A DNA stretch of 64,000 nt. Source: Bacilli bacterium (GTDB taxonomy: Bacteria; Bacillota_I; Bacilli_A; RFN20; CAG-826). The DNA lies in assembly GCA_017619815.1 (NCBI GenBank), contig JAFZRR010000047.1:9074-73073 (forward strand), read 5' to 3'. Of this stretch, positions 61,890 through 64,000 are shown piece after piece. The position numbers were made by a program, and so were the translations under genes. Below the pieces are notes generated by a model, which made no database searches, was not told the origin of the DNA, and saw only the letters and a list, made by a program, of their open reading frames with translations. Within the stretch, counting starts at the first letter, position 1. Each line of letters starts with the position of its first letter.

Positions 61890-63329
61890 ATGAATAAATT
61901 TACCTCATTTATTAAAACAGTCGTCTTTTCCGGCATGTTAATAGCTGGTACTGCAGGCGTTGCTGCTTGCGGTCCAAAATTCCATGACTACACAAAAGAC
62001 GGTTCTGTCACATTGCAACTAGATTTCCAAGGCAAAGACTTCTATGTCGACGGCATTGGCGAATTTGAACTTGCACACACAATCGATGGTGATACCGCTC
62101 ACTTTACACCAAAAGTGGACAGCACCCATCAAGGATTAATGAAAGCCCGTTTCTTCGGTATCGATACACCAGAATCCACTGGTAAAGTCCAAGAATACGG
62201 TCATGCTGCTAGCAATTTCACTAAAGAAAAACTCAATCAAGCCAAAGAACATGGCACAATTGTCATTTCTTCCCCACAAGATCACTATGGCGCACCAAGT
62301 CCAGATAGCACTGGTAGCCGTTACGTTTCTCTTGTATGGATTAATACAGAAAAGAAAAACGCATCACGTGATGAATTAGTGTTATTAAACCTTTGGATTG
62401 TTCAAGAAGGTTTAAGCTGGGTCAAAAACGTTGGCGATATGCCACAATATGAAAAGACTTTCTACGCTGCTGAAGAACAAGCGAAGAAATTCAAACTCAA
62501 CTTACACTCTGGAAAACCAGATGGTGATTTCAACTACGGCGACTATATAGAAACATCATTATTAGATGTTAAACAAGAATTAGCCTTATGTTTAGCGGAT
62601 CCAGATCGTGTCAATCAATTTGATAACCAAAAGATGAGAATCCAAGGTACAGTTTGTGGTTTTTCTAACCACATCTTGTATTTACAAGATTTCTGCTACT
62701 ACGATCAAAATGATGAATCTAAAGGTGGCGAAATGTGTGGTATTAACATCTTCGTCGGTATGGGTTCCATTAGTAGCAAATACACAAAACTCAATACTTA
62801 TATTGAAGTCTGTGGTTTAGCTCAATACACTGAAAACTATGGTTTCCAAGTGACCGATACCCAAGGTCGTTTCCCAGTTGGTAGTGCAACAAGTCCAAAT
62901 GATGCTCGTGTTATCTTTACACCTGAAGAAAATGCGGACACAGAACACAATTTAGTGCCAGCGCAATACACAATCGCTGGAATGAACGCTGTTGCTGAAG
63001 CAACTGATCCATACAATCTCGAATGCTTAAATACCGCTGTTGAAATCACTGAAACACTAACATGTTCAAGAGCATACCCATCCGAGAGCGGTAAAGAAAT
63101 GACTCTTATTTTCAGTGGCGCCAGCTTCAATGTCTATGTTCCATTTAACTATCATGGTAATCCTGATTTACCAGCAGATCGTTGGAATGAAGCTTCTGAC
63201 TTTGAAGGAAAACAATTCACAGTCAAAGGCGTCTATGTCTTCCATAAGACACAATCTGGAAACATTAAATTCCAAATCGTCCCAAACGGCGAAAAAGACC
63301 TCGTTTGTCTTAACCCAACAGGTGAATAA
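61890..63329 (+). CDS. lipoprotein: SNase-domain membrane nuclease with beta-rich (possibly OB-fold-like) C-terminal region
   Basis: Lipobox VAAC. HTIDGDTAHFTP...ARFFGIDTPESTGK...SRYVSLVW is an SNase core. The C-terminal region (MRIQGTVCGF...YIEVCGLAQY) is OB-like by eye only. Confidence 0.75.
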   Translation: MNKFTSFIKTVVFSGMLIAGTAGVAACGPKFHDYTKDGSVTLQLDFQGKDFYVDGIGEFELAHTIDGDTAHFTPKVDSTHQGLMKARFFGIDTPESTGKVQEYGHAASNFTKEKLNQAKEHGTIVISSPQDHYGAPSPDSTGSRYVSLVWINTEKKNASRDELVLLNLWIVQEGLSWVKNVGDMPQYEKTFYAAEEQAKKFKLNLHSGKPDGDFNYGDYIETSLLDVKQELALCLADPDRVNQFDNQKMRIQGTVCGFSNHILYLQDFCYYDQNDESKGGEMCGINIFVGMGSISSKYTKLNTYIEVCGLAQYTENYGFQVTDTQGRFPVGSATSPNDARVIFTPEENADTEHNLVPAQYTIAGMNAVAEATDPYNLECLNTAVEITETLTCSRAYPSESGKEMTLIFSGASFNVYVPFNYHGNPDLPADRWNEASDFEGKQFTVKGVYVFHKTQSGNIKFQIVPNGEKDLVCLNPTGE

Positions 63330-63348
63330 TATTTAGGAGGCAAGATAT

Positions 63349-63843
63349 ATGTATTGTTATCATTGCGGAAAAGAAATTGATGAACACAAACTTGAAGCGA
63401 AACAATCTTCTTTAAGTTTAAAAGATGAAAATGGTGAACTTAGAGAAATTGATAGCGACGCACAAGTGGCTTATGTATGCCCACAATGTGGTCATTTAAT
63501 CCGTGCTAATGCAACTCCTGAAGATTTAAAAGCTTTATCTCAAGCAAGCCATAGCCAACTTCAAAGAGGCGCAAATAGCTTTGCTAGAGGTATGGCGTTA
63601 AACCTTATTGGTTTAATCATAGGCATTCTTGCCATTTCATTCTTACTATTATCCTATCAAAGTGATGGTGGTGGAAAGACCCTTAATCCAGGTAAATCCA
63701 CCTTCCTTATCTTTGTGATAATGGGTATTGTTGCTGTTATTCTTTTAGGATTCGGTATTGTCTCTACTGTCATTGGTCTCAGAAAAAAAGTGACATACAC
63801 CAAATTACTAAAAGATTTAAATAACAAAACCTTTGTTCAATAG
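63349..63843 (+). CDS. zinc-ribbon membrane protein
   Basis: CYHCG...CPQCG pair, two C-terminal TM helices, AGGAGG RBS. Confidence 0.5.
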   Translation: MYCYHCGKEIDEHKLEAKQSSLSLKDENGELREIDSDAQVAYVCPQCGHLIRANATPEDLKALSQASHSQLQRGANSFARGMALNLIGLIIGILAISFLLLSYQSDGGGKTLNPGKSTFLIFVIMGIVAVILLGFGIVSTVIGLRKKVTYTKLLKDLNNKTFVQ

Positions 63844-63892
63844 GAGCAAAGAAATTATAATAATTTCATAAGTAATAAAAGAGGAGGGTTTT

Positions 63893-64000
63893 ATGAAAAA
63901 ACAGATTTTATTACCTTTCGTCTTATTAGGTTCCTTAGGAATGGTTGCTTCCTTAGCGGCTTGCCAACCAAAAGAAGCGAAACCTGAAGAAGGTTATGGC
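63893..64000 (+). CDS. lipoprotein, N-terminal fragment (continues beyond the window)
   Basis: GAGGAGGG RBS. MKKQILLPFVLLGSLGMVASLAACQPK with lipobox LAAC. Confidence 0.5.
   Translation, partial: MKKQILLPFVLLGSLGMVASLAACQPKEAKPEEGYG

Overview
AT-rich chromosomal core region read with the standard code: TGA acts as a stop (e.g. 14895-14897), and rpoB and rpoC are intact with TGG Trp. It looks like a low-GC Firmicutes or Mollicutes-related genome; I cannot name the organism. The backbone is the conserved translation and transcription supercluster: pcrA-ligA, rpmG-secE-nusG, rplK-rplA-rplJ-rplL-methyltransferase-rpoB-rpoC, rpsL-rpsG-fusA-tuf. Housekeeping genes around it include glnS, cysK plus an Rrf2 regulator, smpB-folC, a CobB-type sirtuin, galE and two tRNAs. 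Accessory blocks interrupt the supercluster in three places. An inverted trkH-trkA potassium-uptake operon sits between nusG and rplK. An alpha/beta hydrolase plus two tandem M6 (InhA-like) metalloprotease lipoproteins sit between rpoC and rpsL. A roughly 16-kb same-strand surface island follows tuf (47966 to the window end). That island is the most interesting part: two staphylococcal-nuclease-domain lipoproteins, a CX5R phosphatase-fold lipoprotein, two RDD-like membrane proteins, a 712-aa surface protein, and a MalK/UgpC-type ABC importer. The ABC ATPase carries a roughly 270-aa insertion, and the importer has two paralogous binding lipoproteins. I read this as a candidate extracellular nucleic-acid harvesting and uptake system, an expanded version of the nuclease-ABC linkage I recall from mycoplasmas. 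Also notable are a licD-tarI-tarJ (CDP-ribitol) operon, an O-antigen-ligase-like protein, and an orphan basic/acidic small-protein pair next to the tRNAs. No CRISPR array, IS element, integrase, rRNA or recognisable defence system was seen. All family assignments rest on motifs read by eye, not on database searches.
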